Positions 50,199-63,200 of a DNA stretch of 64,000 nt are shown in pieces. Origin of the DNA: Phoronis australis (lineage: Eukaryota > Animalia > Phoronida); assembly GCA_002633005.1 (NCBI GenBank), contig NMRA01000090.1, forward strand, positions 727,674 through 791,673. The letters run 5' to 3'. Below the pieces are notes generated by a model that searched no databases, had not been told where the DNA came from, and was given only the letters and a program-made list of their open reading frames with translations. Positions within the stretch are counted from its first letter, which is position 1, and each line of letters opens with the position of its first letter. A program made the position numbers and the translations under genes.

Positions 50199-53132
50199 TC
50201 TGAACTTGCAATGCTTTCATTGGCCTTATCTGCCATCTCGTGTTGGCATGATGAAGTTGATGGTATGATTTTAAACATTTGTGTGACTACATTGTTTATT
50301 GTACATGTCGCGATGCACTATGAGCACAATTTGCCAAAATGCCGCAAAACATATAAAGTATTTGAAAAATTTGCACATGTGCCCATCTGCCTGTGACTTT
50401 GAGTTGCCGGCCCATTCGACAAGAACTAGATCAGGTGAGTGAGGTAATGCTTTTTTAAACCCAAAGCGCTTCGGTTAACAATACAGCCTTGGTAGCTAGC
50501 AGCGGTTGGTCATCTCTTGGACATTTCCAGCTGTAGGTTTTACGTCTAAATTATGTTCACATAACCCTACATTGCTCTTTTTATCTCCCTTGTCTTTAAC
50601 TCACGTCATGCTATATTTTGTGCACGTGGCACATGATTTCAAATTACCGAACTCCGCTTAATACAGCAACATAATATCGATTTATTTTGCTCGATATTCG
50701 TCTATCAAAATTAAAATCAATATTAGCATGAACTATTGCAAATCACAACCTATGTACTCAACTGTTGTCCCATAATAGCTGTACTCAAATGTTTTGTGGA
50801 CAGCTCCAGATAAATGTGCGAACGCAAGGTGCGCTCTCATTCGTCGAGTCCTTTTCTCGTTAACGCATTTTTTTTCTTTTTCCATTAAAGACAATTTAGT
50901 TTTCATGAGCTCATTTCTTTTTTCATGAACTGCATCTCGTTTGTTATGAAAGGCAACATTTTGCCCTGAACAACTGTCATTTCTGTCGTAGGACATTTTT
51001 AATTACGGTTTGATACACTAAAGAGTAATCATGGGTCACTTATCTCATGCGGTATGTCTATGTTATACACATATCGGTATAAGAGAACAGGGCATTGTTT
51101 GCAAGAAATGAATTGTGGCTTATGAGAAAAGAATTTCAGCTAACAATGAAAGACTCGCGTTCCTGTGAAAACAACCGTGCTAATGAGAACGCCAATCTAG
51201 AGAGCAAAATTGACATTTTGGCTTTTAATTGTCAATCTCATGGACGTCAATCATGTAAAAAGAAAACGCGGCTCACTGTGGCGACAAACATAAGCAAGCA
51301 AATGACAAAATTCAGTATTTGAAAAGCGCAAAACGTCCCTCAAGGAGGTCAGAAGGTCTTTATGTTACTCATCATCATAGCCGCTTTGTCAATGATTTGT
51401 TTCAACTGTATTTCGCCTTGTTCAGCGGGCTAAGAAAACGGAAGTGGAAGTAGGCCTTTTACACGAATAAAACTAATACTTCTTTCCGTGATTTGGTTCC
51501 ATTTCCGTCACCAAAAGGAACATCGAAAGCATCAGTAACTCACGAACACGCTTTGCAGTTTATTGGGGTTGGACGACCCTAAAATTGCGGTTTCGAAAAT
51601 GGCGTTTGTACTCTTTGCCTGCAACTTGAGTTAGTAATGAAGGGAAATTTAATTCTGTGACAGTAAGGGATGTTATGAGACCGATTTTTTAAGAATCAAG
51701 AGGCCCAACCGGATTTTGCATTTTCATGGCCAGCTAAGCAGGGTGAAATGCGTCTTTAAAAGTTTGCGTTCATTATTTTATCCCCCATCTCATTGTATTG
51801 ACCCCATGTAGACAAAATAATTATCACGACGTCATCAATCGTCATCAATGTGCTGGCCAGAGAACGTTTGTCTATGACCCCCTCTCCTTCTTGGAGTGAG
51901 TTATACATCGTAGTTTACTAGGACCTTCTTCTACTGATAGTTTTCAAGTTCTTAGGCTGAATTCGTGGCTCCATCTAACGCCAGTGATGTGAGAATGCGG
52001 TGAAAACTGCGCGTACAATGTAGTCGAGAGGCGTCACACGCCTCACATCTGAAGCTATCGCGTATCCTCTCCGCAATATTTACACAACAGCACGTCATAC
52101 CGAGTTGGTAAATGCGGTGTTTTTGAATCTTTAACTAATAAAACCAATGCCATTCCTGGCTCAAATTGCTCTCTGGACGTCATGTTTCACCGATAATGAC
52201 ACGCTACGGTTGTACAAGTTGTTGTCTGTTGATACTATAGCACGAAAATCGTGATCAAATAATAGCTCCATAATGTATTTCAGAGGCTATATTCTGATCA
52301 CGTAGTTTCACATTACAAATCACTTTTCTTTGAAAGCTAAATATTGCACGGTCTTGAAATTGGAGATGGTTAACAAGATTACGATTAGTATCTTATTAAG
52401 TTAAAACACAGCATGTACGGATTCAAGAGGTGGAAAACAACTGTTGCCATGGGGTTGCATCTTTATCATACACTGCGAAAACTCTTACCAAGCACAAAAA
52501 TAATTTTAGAGTACTAGTGGCCAACGTGCACTTCGGACACTTGCACTGAAATTGTCTGTGGTAAAAGAGCTCGAATGTAATTTTGAATTTTATGCGTGTA
52601 ATGTTTTTTGTTGGAAGTTTGATGTAAGAGTCAGGTTCACTATGTCCACATTTTGACACTCGTTGGAATTTTTTTGGAAAAATGGAAACTATATATTTTT
52701 GGAAACCTCATGGAATGACCATGCACATTAATTGATTCCATTTTGGCAGCCATTTTGGAGGCCATCTTGGGTTTTCAAAATGACTCCAATAACATATCCT
52801 CAATATCTCTGCACTTGGGTCACGTAAAATGTTAGTTTCCATCGCTACATCAGCATTTTTTATCAAGTTTATTGATTTTTTTTTCAAAAATGACGCACGT
52901 AATATACATTTGCTCTGCTCTGAAGCCTTATCTTAGAATGTGAGTTTTAAAGGCTGCACTCGCATTTTGTGGGGCAAGGCATTAAAAAACATTTCTAAAT
53001 GCAAAAATGTCTCAATAGGCAACTGGCACACCACAGGTTGTCATTATTAGCCTAGTCTATTGTTACTTCCCTGTAACTGACTGTGTTTGTGTATTATTAC
53101 TTGTCGTTCCTAGCAAGGTGGCCACTGTTTTT

Positions 53133-53176
53133 GCTTCTGAGGATGGTGTTTTAATAAACGCCGAAACATGACAAGC
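53133..53176 (+). ncRNA. Minimal type I hammerhead ribozyme motif (Penelope-type), cleavage triplet mutated
   Basis: GCTT-CTGAGGA-T-GGTGTTT(taat)AAACGCC-GAAA-CATGAC-AAGC: stems I and II and the core are intact; GUC expected at the cleavage site, GAC observed. Confidence 0.7.
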
Positions 53177-53714
53177 CGGTTTAAATCCATCGTTGTTTTT
53201 ATTAATATGTGCTAGGAGTTTTTCAACAAGACATTTTTGAGTTTGTTAAAATCATGTTACTGTACTTTACTTGTACGAAGTCAGAGATTTGTTTTCTGTG
53301 TGTTCTGCATGATAAACGAAAAGTTTACCCCATAGCATTATCGCACGTGTTTTTACGTGACTTGCGTAGCTAGTATAAGTGTGCGTGTTTGCATAAATTA
53401 TTGTTATGTTTAATTGTTTCTATAATTATTCATTTGTGCAATGTTTACTTGCGTACTTGCATAATTCGATTTCTGAGCAGTGAGATGTTATCTGCAGTAT
53501 ACCTATATATATATCGTGTTGGAGCAAAACAAAACAGACTCGGGGGGGCTTTATTCTTTTATCGTTAGAGTATAAGTGACAGTAGTAGTAGCAGTAGGTA
53601 AACTGAAATGTAAAAAGAGAAACAAGAAAAAGTTACACTGCTGCCGGGCGCTTTCAAGTGTAACGTCTCCCGTTCGACAAAAAACGCTGTCAGAACGTTT
53701 TACGTGGCAAACTT

Positions 53715-53773
53715 TGGGGTCAAAACGCAAGCGGGGTGAAATGGCATTTCACCCCGCTTGCGTTTTGACCCCA
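53715..53773. repeat. Perfect 29-bp-arm palindrome upstream of the GH116 gene
   Basis: TGGGGTCAAAACGCAAGCGGGGTGAAATG-G-CATTTCACCCCGCTTGCGTTTTGACCCCA. Confidence 0.95.
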
Positions 53774-54180
53774 GTGCCTTGCTAAAGTTTTATCCGCGTC
53801 TTCGGTGTCGCCAGCAGAGGGTGAATTATCCTTCTGACTATTTCACGGTAAGCACGGACCCGACTGAAACAACTTTGACAATCCGCAGCGCTGCAATTGA
53901 TTCGCAGGTGCATATTGTGACAAAGTTATTTCTCCCATGGCAGTGTGTTTTTCTCACTGTTACCTATCATCACTGAGAGCAGTCCATTCAGCCAATCGAA
54001 AGACGTTTCGCACCACGTGACAAGCATGGGTGAGCGATCACATGATCACTCTAAAATCTCCTGTAGGAGGCGTAGTTCATACACCTTTGTTTTGTTCTGT
54101 CAAGAGCGTTTGCTGTTTACCTGTATTCTGGCTTAAAAATTGAACATTCAGTGCAGCTGAGTTTTTAATGTTGCACAGCG

Positions 54181-54284
54181 ATGCTGAGCTTAAAACTCTT
54201 CCTCATTTATACTACCATTCACACGTTATGGGTTGACCAAGCATCAGCAAAAGGTGAAGACAACATCGCAGAGAAATTGATGAG
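54181..54284 (+). CDS. GH116-like exon 1 (signal peptide)
   Basis: [34 protein letters not shown], then AG|GTGAGC donor; phase 2 matches exon 2. Confidence 0.72.
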
Positions 54285-57200
54285 GTGAGCCTGGCAAATC
54301 GCTACATAGGCTACAGACAGTCACGGTCTTACCGTGGGTATTTTATTATACTCTATGTTGTCAGTGCAGGGCACGTGCTCACCTGAGGGTAAAGTGCCTG
54401 TGCCTTCTGATGAGGGAATGTTTTATTTGAGATGACCTCTGACACCCTTGACCGGCCTGTGGTTGTGGGTTCGCCATGTTATTAAGTTATTTACTCGTGT
54501 TTACTGAGACAGGTTACATGTCTACCCCTCATCATCAATGCCTCTTGCAAAACATTTTTCAAAAGTGATTCTAAATATGAAGGGAGTGTTTGGATGATGA
54601 GAGGAAATTTCGATGCTTTTTGGGAGGGGAAGGGGGCTGATATTTCATCCCCAGAGCCATAACCACGAATCCTGATGAAAGCGAAATCTGTGTTATACTT
54701 ACGTAATCCATCATGAACAAAAGCACTTATGGATCAGACTTATCACCCATGCATTCAGAGCATGCATCATGAACAGTTAGGCAATTACATCGCCCCTGTG
54801 GTACAAACATATACGGGGGGCGATAGTGCACCCCCTTAAGCAGCTACTCTTTCAAAATAGTGCATCAGATAATATCGAATGAAACATGCACATATCTAGG
54901 CTCGCGCTAGACTTTTAGAGGTATTAGCCAAAATGCATCTAAAAACGTGTAGCCATTTTCAAAAAAAAAATCTTAGCCAAATACTTTCTTACAACGGGGA
55001 AACGTTGGGCATGATGTTGACCTAAAAATGGGCAGGACGTTCCCCTCTATACCCGGGTTGCAGCAGGGTTACGCCGGCCACATGAGCATTTAAATGATGT
55101 TCACTTTAAAAAATAAATGGGTTGGGGTTCCCCAGCCCTATCCCTGGGTTACGGTGTGGTACGCAGGCCACTTGGACATGGATGTTGACCTAAAAACAAT
55201 TGGGCAAGGGTTCCTCCTATACGCTGGCTACAAAGGCATTTAAAAATTAAATGACGTTCACCTTAAACAAATTGGGCAGGGGTTCCCCCTATCCCCGGGT
55301 TATGCTGGGGTGATCCTGTGATTGAAAATGCAGCTTGATACAGCAAACGATTAACCAATAAAGTAGAACACCAGCACTTTATATAGCTGACTGATAGATA
55401 ATGTCTCCATAGTCAAAGTGGGGTAGGACAATTAATGCACTAAACAAAACTTCTAGGGGCAACTAGATCACGACAGTGAACATTCAAAGACTTATTATCA
55501 AGAATAATACCTAAGTGTTTATAGGTATATTTTTTGGGTATTCTCCCACCACTAAGTTGTAAATCAAATAGTGGATCTATGTGCAGAACTGAGTTTTTGG
55601 ATGGTGAGAAAATAATGTCCACGTTTTTTTTTTGCTTTGAGAAAGTCTGTGTAGATCATCTTGTAGTCTCATATCCGTGTAGTTGTGGATTGTCCTCAGG
55701 GAAAAGAAAAATAACGATGTGTCATCAGCCTACGGAAAGGTTTTACATGAGGTATTGTCGGGAAGGTCACTTATGCATAGAAGGAAAAGTAATAGACCAA
55801 TAACTGACTGCCCTGGGGCAGACCCGCATTCATAATAACATGGAGATGATGACATTGAACACACGCCATCAATTCGCATTTTGTAGATGCAATTATTATC
55901 TAGAGAAAATTCCAATAAACTTAATAGACTACCAGATATCCAAAATGATCTTAACTCCAAATGAGTTTAGTCATGTGGAACCATATCGAAGGCAGAGGTT
56001 AAGTCGAGGAAAACAGACCTTACATTTGTTGTTATTTTCAAACTATAAATGTATGTTGTGGATAATTTCAATTAGTTAATTGGGAGGTTGTACTTTTTCC
56101 TGGTAGAAAGCCAAACTGCAGTAGATATATGAGAACGTGTGAGTTTGAATGTCTAAGGAGTTTTTGAAATATAACTTTTTCTAGAATTTTGGAGAGGGTG
56201 TTAAGGAGTGTGATTGGATGATAACTTTACACTTGTGACTTGCAGTCCTACTAGTGAAGTGGTGCCATTATTCCCAACTTCCCATTGGAAGGATAATGGC
56301 ATGACAACAGAATTTTATTAATTCAGTTAATTCTTTAGCTATCATTTTATCTGAATGCTATGAGTTCTGATCCATTTGATTAGTTAACGTCGATATATTC
56401 AAGAAGTTTTCTAACTTCTGCAGTAGTAGTTCGCAGATCAGTGAAATATTCGTTGCACTTAAATTGATAGTTGAGGGATGGCGTCTTGATTAGTCGGATT
56501 GATGTGGCCTTTGTTTGTAAAATATTCTAGAAATAATGTGCATTTTTCCAATGTTGTATCAGCATGTTTGTGAATGTCTTTAGATGACATGAGAGGAAAC
56601 AATGTAATTGGCTGAATATCTTCCTACTAGTATTTTGTTAACAATTTTCCAGTACTCCTTAGAGTTTTTCTTTGGAATAAGGCCAATATTGTAATCATGT
56701 TTAGACTGTACATTGTATTGATTAAAATGAAGAGGGTTACCAGATTGTTTTAGTGACTGTATATCTTAATGCATTTTTTACATTCGTGTTTTAATCTCTA
56801 CACTGGCCTTTTTAATGCGAAATTAACAACTGTCCCTCTCAGGCAGGTGACCTCATGTGACTTACCAAGTGAGGAAGTCAGTGCAGTTAGGAACTTGACC
56901 GATAAACCTACTAGCTCCAACAACTGGCTATTTAGCTATTCCCCGTTAAACACTTTCTAAATTTTGTTTTCTATCCATCTTGGTAATGATCTTTTTGTAA
57001 TCTTGTTTTGCAGGCTAAAGTTCAAAAACCTTGGCACAGTCCTCAGTAGTGATCAGTTTGTTTGGAAGACACAGCCAGGTGATTACCTGGAGGCAGAGAA
57101 TGTAACAAAGGTGCGCCACAGTTGGCAGGTGTTAGGTCATTTGAACTACCTCTACAAGAAGTTAGAGAATGGTACATTAGTGGCTCCCCCTGTGGGCATG

Positions 57201-60200
57201 AGGAGCTCTGTTCCTCTTGGAGGTTTGTATTAAGTAGTTTGTCTGACTTCTGATTCCATAATATAGCCTCATGTCATTCCTCGCAGGTGTTTCATATCTG
57301 CGCATGTGTGACCTTCATTCAGTCAGCAAGCCATGTGAGACTGAAAAATTAATGGAGAATGCCGTTGAATGAGCTGGGATTCCCTGTGACAACAGGCTTA
57401 AACAAGAGTTAATGGTACAACTCAAGGTAGATTAAGGATAATTGGAAATGACCGTCGCATACAACTCTTGAGATCTACAAGGCTGATGTTTATACTAATG
57501 TTGTAGTCGTCTATTGACGAAATGTGTTTACTGCATATTATTAATTCCGCCCATGCTTCAAACACCTCCATGAGAACTGGAACAGCTCAGGTGTTTTTCT
57601 TTTTGGTGTTTCGAGTCTGTGTATGTACATGGTGATACTGGAATGTTGTGCGAACTGAGGTCGCCAAACCCACTAGCTAGAGCCGAAATTGAAATTAACG
57701 AGATACTTGATGTGAAAAGCTGGCAAACTCTCAGAGGTCTGGCATTTTTTGCTCAAATGAAAAATTAGGAGCATCCCATGTGCTTGTTGATGATCAATTT
57801 ACCACTTATGGGTCCAATGTTCCATGCCCAACAACTGGACAGATAAACACAATCGGGCCTTCTGATGTTTGCTGAATGATTCTGACTTTCATCTGCTTTC
57901 CTCCTGTAGTAATTTGAGTACATGCTCAGATGTGGCGTGTCGACTTTATGGTGACCTGGAACTTTTGCCATGTTGCCAAACAAAATCTGAGGTTGTGTGG
58001 GCAACCTGCAAGCCAACAAATGGAACCCTGTACTGGTTAGTTTATAACTTGTCTGTGCTTGCCATTGAAAACTTTCAAGTATTTTTGTTGTTTCATATAG
58101 TAATGTCCATGTTGACAGTAGCAATATTGCTTCATAAATCTATTCTAAAGAGTTGGAATGAATGATCTTTCTTGTTCCGATTTTGACAGGAATTTCAACT
58201 GGTTTTGTTGAGCTGAGGGCTGATGGCTCGTTTCACGAATGGACAATTATGAACCAGACTCCAGCTGGCGCTGCTAAGATACAGGTAGGTTCTTTAATTA
58301 GTTCTGGTGCATCAGCTGGGCTATGTTAAAGCTGAAAAAATATTGATGAAATAACTATTCAATTGTGTGTTGTCCAAAAGAGGTATTAATTTGAGTCTAG
58401 ACAAATAAGTGGTTTTCTGTTTATCAATCAGAAAAGAAACTAAAGCTTTAGATGACGTTCTGTCTTCTTACAATTATCTAAGTGTACCAAATTTCAGTCT
58501 TTTTCTTAAAATAATGGAGAAGAATTTTGCATTCAAAGATATGATTCATAAAAAATAGTAATTTAGAGGAATGTTAGGTATTTTGGAGCAACTGGGCAAA
58601 ATAACTTTTCTAGACTAATGTGGACGGGTGCATGCGCTTCTGTGTGTCTATGTGTTTTGTTGTCCTTGTGTTTAATGTCTCTTTATATCAATCAATTTGT
58701 TTTTACAAGGAAATTAAGACATTTGGAAATTTGCAGACAAATATAGTTGAATTTTCTTTGTCAGCCATGTCAGAAATTGCAAATATTACGTAATCTTTTT
58801 CAGGTTTTTGATGATGCCTTTCTTGCTGTTTCCTGGAAGATAACTAATGAAGCCTCCCCTGACACTCGACCTGATAACTTGACCTTCAGACCAAGGAAAG
58901 GAAGAAGAGCTAAGATTGTATTTAATGACATCAATGACTTCTGGATGAAACAGAAGTATAGGTCAGGAGGTTATAGGTTAAGAGGCCATAGGTTAAGAGG
59001 ACAAAAGTTAGGTGGGAAGTTGGCAGAGGGCATACTGGCATTGCGCACACATCCCTGAGATAACATGAAGGCAGCTAATATCCAAGGTGTTTATGGTCTC
59101 GAGTACTCTGGAGCACATCCTGTAACTCGCCTCAGGGTCATTGACAGCAGGATCCCTTTCAATTTAACTGTTTTCGCCTTCTCGGCATATTCTGTTAATG
59201 ACATGAAGTTCTCTGCTATGCCGACTGTACACTTTGTGCCAGTGGTAGAGAACCCCTCTTCATCTGACTTTGATGTTTCTCTGCATCTTGTGTTGCCTCG
59301 TGGAGTGGAGCCACGCACACAACGCAGTGTCAAGGCCATGACATATGAAGACCAGAAGGTCTATTCTTTCAGCAAGGTACGCTCAGATTTGGACTGTTTC
59401 ACTTTGTGCAATAGCAATTATTCCCTGCTCTGTAAGTCCTGGAATTGGAATTCTAATGGAACTTGTTTGTTGTACAACACAATCAACCTTAATACCTTTG
59501 CAGAAGGCATGTCGTCAGGTTTACGTAGTTCTTGGGCTGTAGACTCCCGTGGTAGTGTAGAGTGCTTGTCACACATAACACCAGGTGATGCGCCACCTAG
59601 TGGCAACTTATCACTATGTACAAATGCAGCCTCACAGCTGACTACCTTCAACAACCTTAGTCAGTGGAGTCTATCAGTGACCTCAAGGGCCCGGCTTGGT
59701 GCTGCCATCTATGGATCACTTTCGACAGACAAGACGGAGGTTCACAAAGGTCAGACTACAGCACTCTCATCCATTCTTATGACCTGGTTCTATCCAACGA
59801 AGGACTTCTTGGGCAGAATGTATGGGAACATGTACACACAGCTTTTTGAGGACTCACTTGATGCTTCGAATAAGTCATACAACAGTCTCAACAAGGCTTT
59901 AGATGACATTCTTGTTCTTAATGGTGTCTTTTTCAACTCTTCTCTGCCTGATTATCTGCAAGACATGCTTCTCAACAGTATAAGCCATGTGAGGTGAGTC
60001 AGTACAGCTTTTGCAACTTTATACATTATGTCACACTTACATGTTCTGACCTAGTTCTATGTACTATGACTTACTTTCTTGATCAGGAATGTTTTGTAGC
60101 AGTTACTGTTCCTGTAGTTCTTATGAAGTGCCATGATCCTTCGCGCATTATAATTACATGCTTTTACTGTCCGTCATGTTAGTAACAGTACTGTATTCAC

Positions 60201-63200
60201 CTGATGTCATTGTTTGTGTCGTTTTAGGTCTGCTATGTGGTTCAATGATGGTCGGTGGAGACAGTGGGAGGCATATGACTGCACTAACTTGGGTAAGTGT
60301 TTCTATAACTCACTATCATATGGTGGGAGGTGTATGACCACATTTGGTAAAGGATTGACCATTTGATATGAAGTAAAGGGGTGCAAACCTTTGCCATCAC
60401 AAATTTTGGTTGTTTTTATAATTACTTTAATTAACAATTATTGATGTTCTTGTCACAAATTGTCTTACTGCAGATAATTATAATTTCTCTTATTGCCTGT
60501 GAAGAGTGTTATTTATCAGCAGGTGGAGATGCGTTTTAACTGCGTTCACACAGTCATGTTTTTTTACCATTCTCATTGTTCAGACTCTGTTCACAATGAT
60601 GGTGAGAGACACATTCCCTACATCATGTTCCTGCCCGAGTCTGTCAAGAACAAGATGCTGGGCTGGGCCAAAAGTCAGCAGTCTAATGGTATGATTGTGG
60701 AGCAGCTGCATGAAGGCTGCACGTTCCCCTACTCTGGATACTTGGATACTCCATCTGGACGTGTTATGTCTGATGTTACCTCCATGTTTATGGTCTACGC
60801 TCTGGAGCTGTACAAGTGAGTACATTTTGGATCCAATCTCGTTGCAGTTGTTCTCTGTTTTCTGAGGTTTAATGTTTGTCAACATTGTCTAATACTAAAT
60901 GAAAAGGTCCAAAAAGAGTGTGTTGTGTAGTACTCATTGTGACTCATTGTTTACAGATGGGGAAACGAAGTGGACTTCACTAAGCAGATGTGGCCGTTTG
61001 TCAAGAAGGCTGCTCAGTGGCACCTTGACCAGTCCAAGACTACTGGCACCCTTCACCATATGGTAACCACATACGACGTGCTCGGCCTGACTGCCTATGA
61101 CTACTCCACCTACAGTACTAGTTTTCATATGCTGGCCATGAGAGCAGCAGAGGACCTGGCTGTTATAATGGGTATGACTTAGTCAATGTAGCTGTCAGTT
61201 ACAATTAATTATGCTCCTACATATTTATATGTGGGTGCATATTATCATCATCTCTGTTAGGGCATGCGGCGTCTGCAACTTACCCCATGCAGGATTTTAT
61301 TGAAATTTTGCGTGTGTAACTATGTGACTGACAACAGATGACGACAACTTACTGACCAATCCGAGTTTTGCTGTGCCACTTAAAGGCAGTTTAATTTATT
61401 TACATTTGCCTCAGTCTGTATCTTTGAAATAGGTTTTTAATTAGAAGGTGATGGTGCCATTCCATTTTTGAATGGATTGCGCCACCTTGTGGCCATTTTT
61501 GTATTTTTGCGACTGTTTTCTGGTGTCCGTCTCTCTGCCATGCCACTTAAAGGATCATTAGAAAAATTTTCAGAATGTGTTTCTGATGGAAAAGCCACAA
61601 CTGACGTTGACTTTCGGACAAGTCCGATTACTAGCTGTGTTGTCCCCTTGTGGCAATTTTGTTTTTTTTGCGTCTGCGGCCAAATCTCCATAACACATAA
61701 AAGGAGCTTTGTAAAATTTAAAGATGCATTCCTAAGGAGCTGACGACAAACGGCAGCGAATGTCGAACTAATCCAAATACTACTGTGCCCACTGTTTCTT
61801 CAAAGTTCATAATAATTTTTATGAAATTCGGCAAATTGGTTTCTAATAAGGAGACGAAAATGCCTTCAGATTTTCGGACAGATTTATATGATGTTTTCTG
61901 CGTCACCTAGTGGTCATTTTTTGTTATTTTTGCATTGGTTTTATGGCGCTAGCCTCCATATTTACCATACCCTTTAAACGGTCATACAAGTATAAAAATT
62001 TGCATATGTGTTCCTTATTAGAAGGCCATAATTGAGGTTGATTTTCAGACAGGTACGACTACTGTGTTGCCCCCTAGTGGCAATTTTGTTTTTTGCATCT
62101 GCAGCTGAATCTCCTTAACCCTTTGAGGGACCTTTGTGAAATTTGAAGCATATGATTGTGTTCGTATGGACGAGCCGACAACACTGTTGAACTGATCCAA
62201 ATACCACTGTGCCCCCTAGTGGCAAAATGTTTTTTAACATGTTTATCTCTGTATCTTTGGAGTTCATTAATGACTACATTCATGAAGTTCGGTAAACAGG
62301 TTTCTGTTAAGGAGACAACAAAACCTTCCCATTTTCAGACCGATTTGATTTTTTGCACCACCTTTTGGCCATTTAAAAAAGTTATGCGTTTGGCATTTAC
62401 TTCCTATAGATATGGTAACAGACGACAATGATTTTTTACCAGTCAGACTATTGCTGTACCCCTAGTTTTAATTGTTCTTTTACATTTACCTCTAATTCTT
62501 GAGAGTTCCTTGGCTTATTTACATGAAATTTGGCAATTAGATGTGTATAACAGTGACGACACCTCCTTCTCAGTTAGGACGAGTTCTATGCATTCTGTCT
62601 TATCTTATGGCCATTTTTTGTGATACTAAAAACCCCATAGAGGCACACCATTTGCGGTGCTGTTGTGGGTGCATTTCAATTTTTTGTACTCTAAAAGATT
62701 TTTTACTAAAAACCAAATCTGTTGCTATGTACACAAACCAGTAAGTGGTCAACATTTGGGTTGAAATCTAAAAGAATTTTTTACCTACAGTGGTCCCACA
62801 CAACTTAGTGTATCGCATTGTTGAATAGCCCACCTGTTACATAAAGAATGGCTACTGGCACTTAGCTGAAAGCATTTTGACTATAGAAACCTTTTAATCC
62901 TGATTACTTTGTCGTTAATATCAATATTGCTTGATTTGTTATTGCTGTATTGAAAAACAAAGGCTTGTGTTGCCAGACTTTGTTCAATCTGCCAGTACCA
63001 GCTGACTCAAGTGTACAACGTACAGGCTCAGTCGTGGTAGAGCATAACATTATCCAGCTGTTACATTGCTAGCAGTAGCACTAATACTCAGTATCACACT
63101 ACAAGCTAGTACTGTACATTTGTAGCATTGACACATAAAGTTAGACTAAGCTTGCTTAATATTTGAAACTTCATTTGGTCACGGCCTGTGAAATAATATG

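Noticed and set aside
50733-51320. Coiled-coil-like ORFs (possible Harbinger Myb/SANT partner)
   Set aside because: No diagnostic motif, splice structure or element boundaries found.
57760-58160. Possible LINE 3' fragment in GH116 intron 2 (a similar weak signal at ~4080-4560)
   Set aside because: Only faint resemblance to CR1/L2 ORF2 ends; not enough to list as a feature.
59065-59997. 310-aa ORF as a stand-alone gene
   Set aside because: It is the 3' part of GH116 exon 4, in frame with upstream coding sequence and ending at a splice donor.
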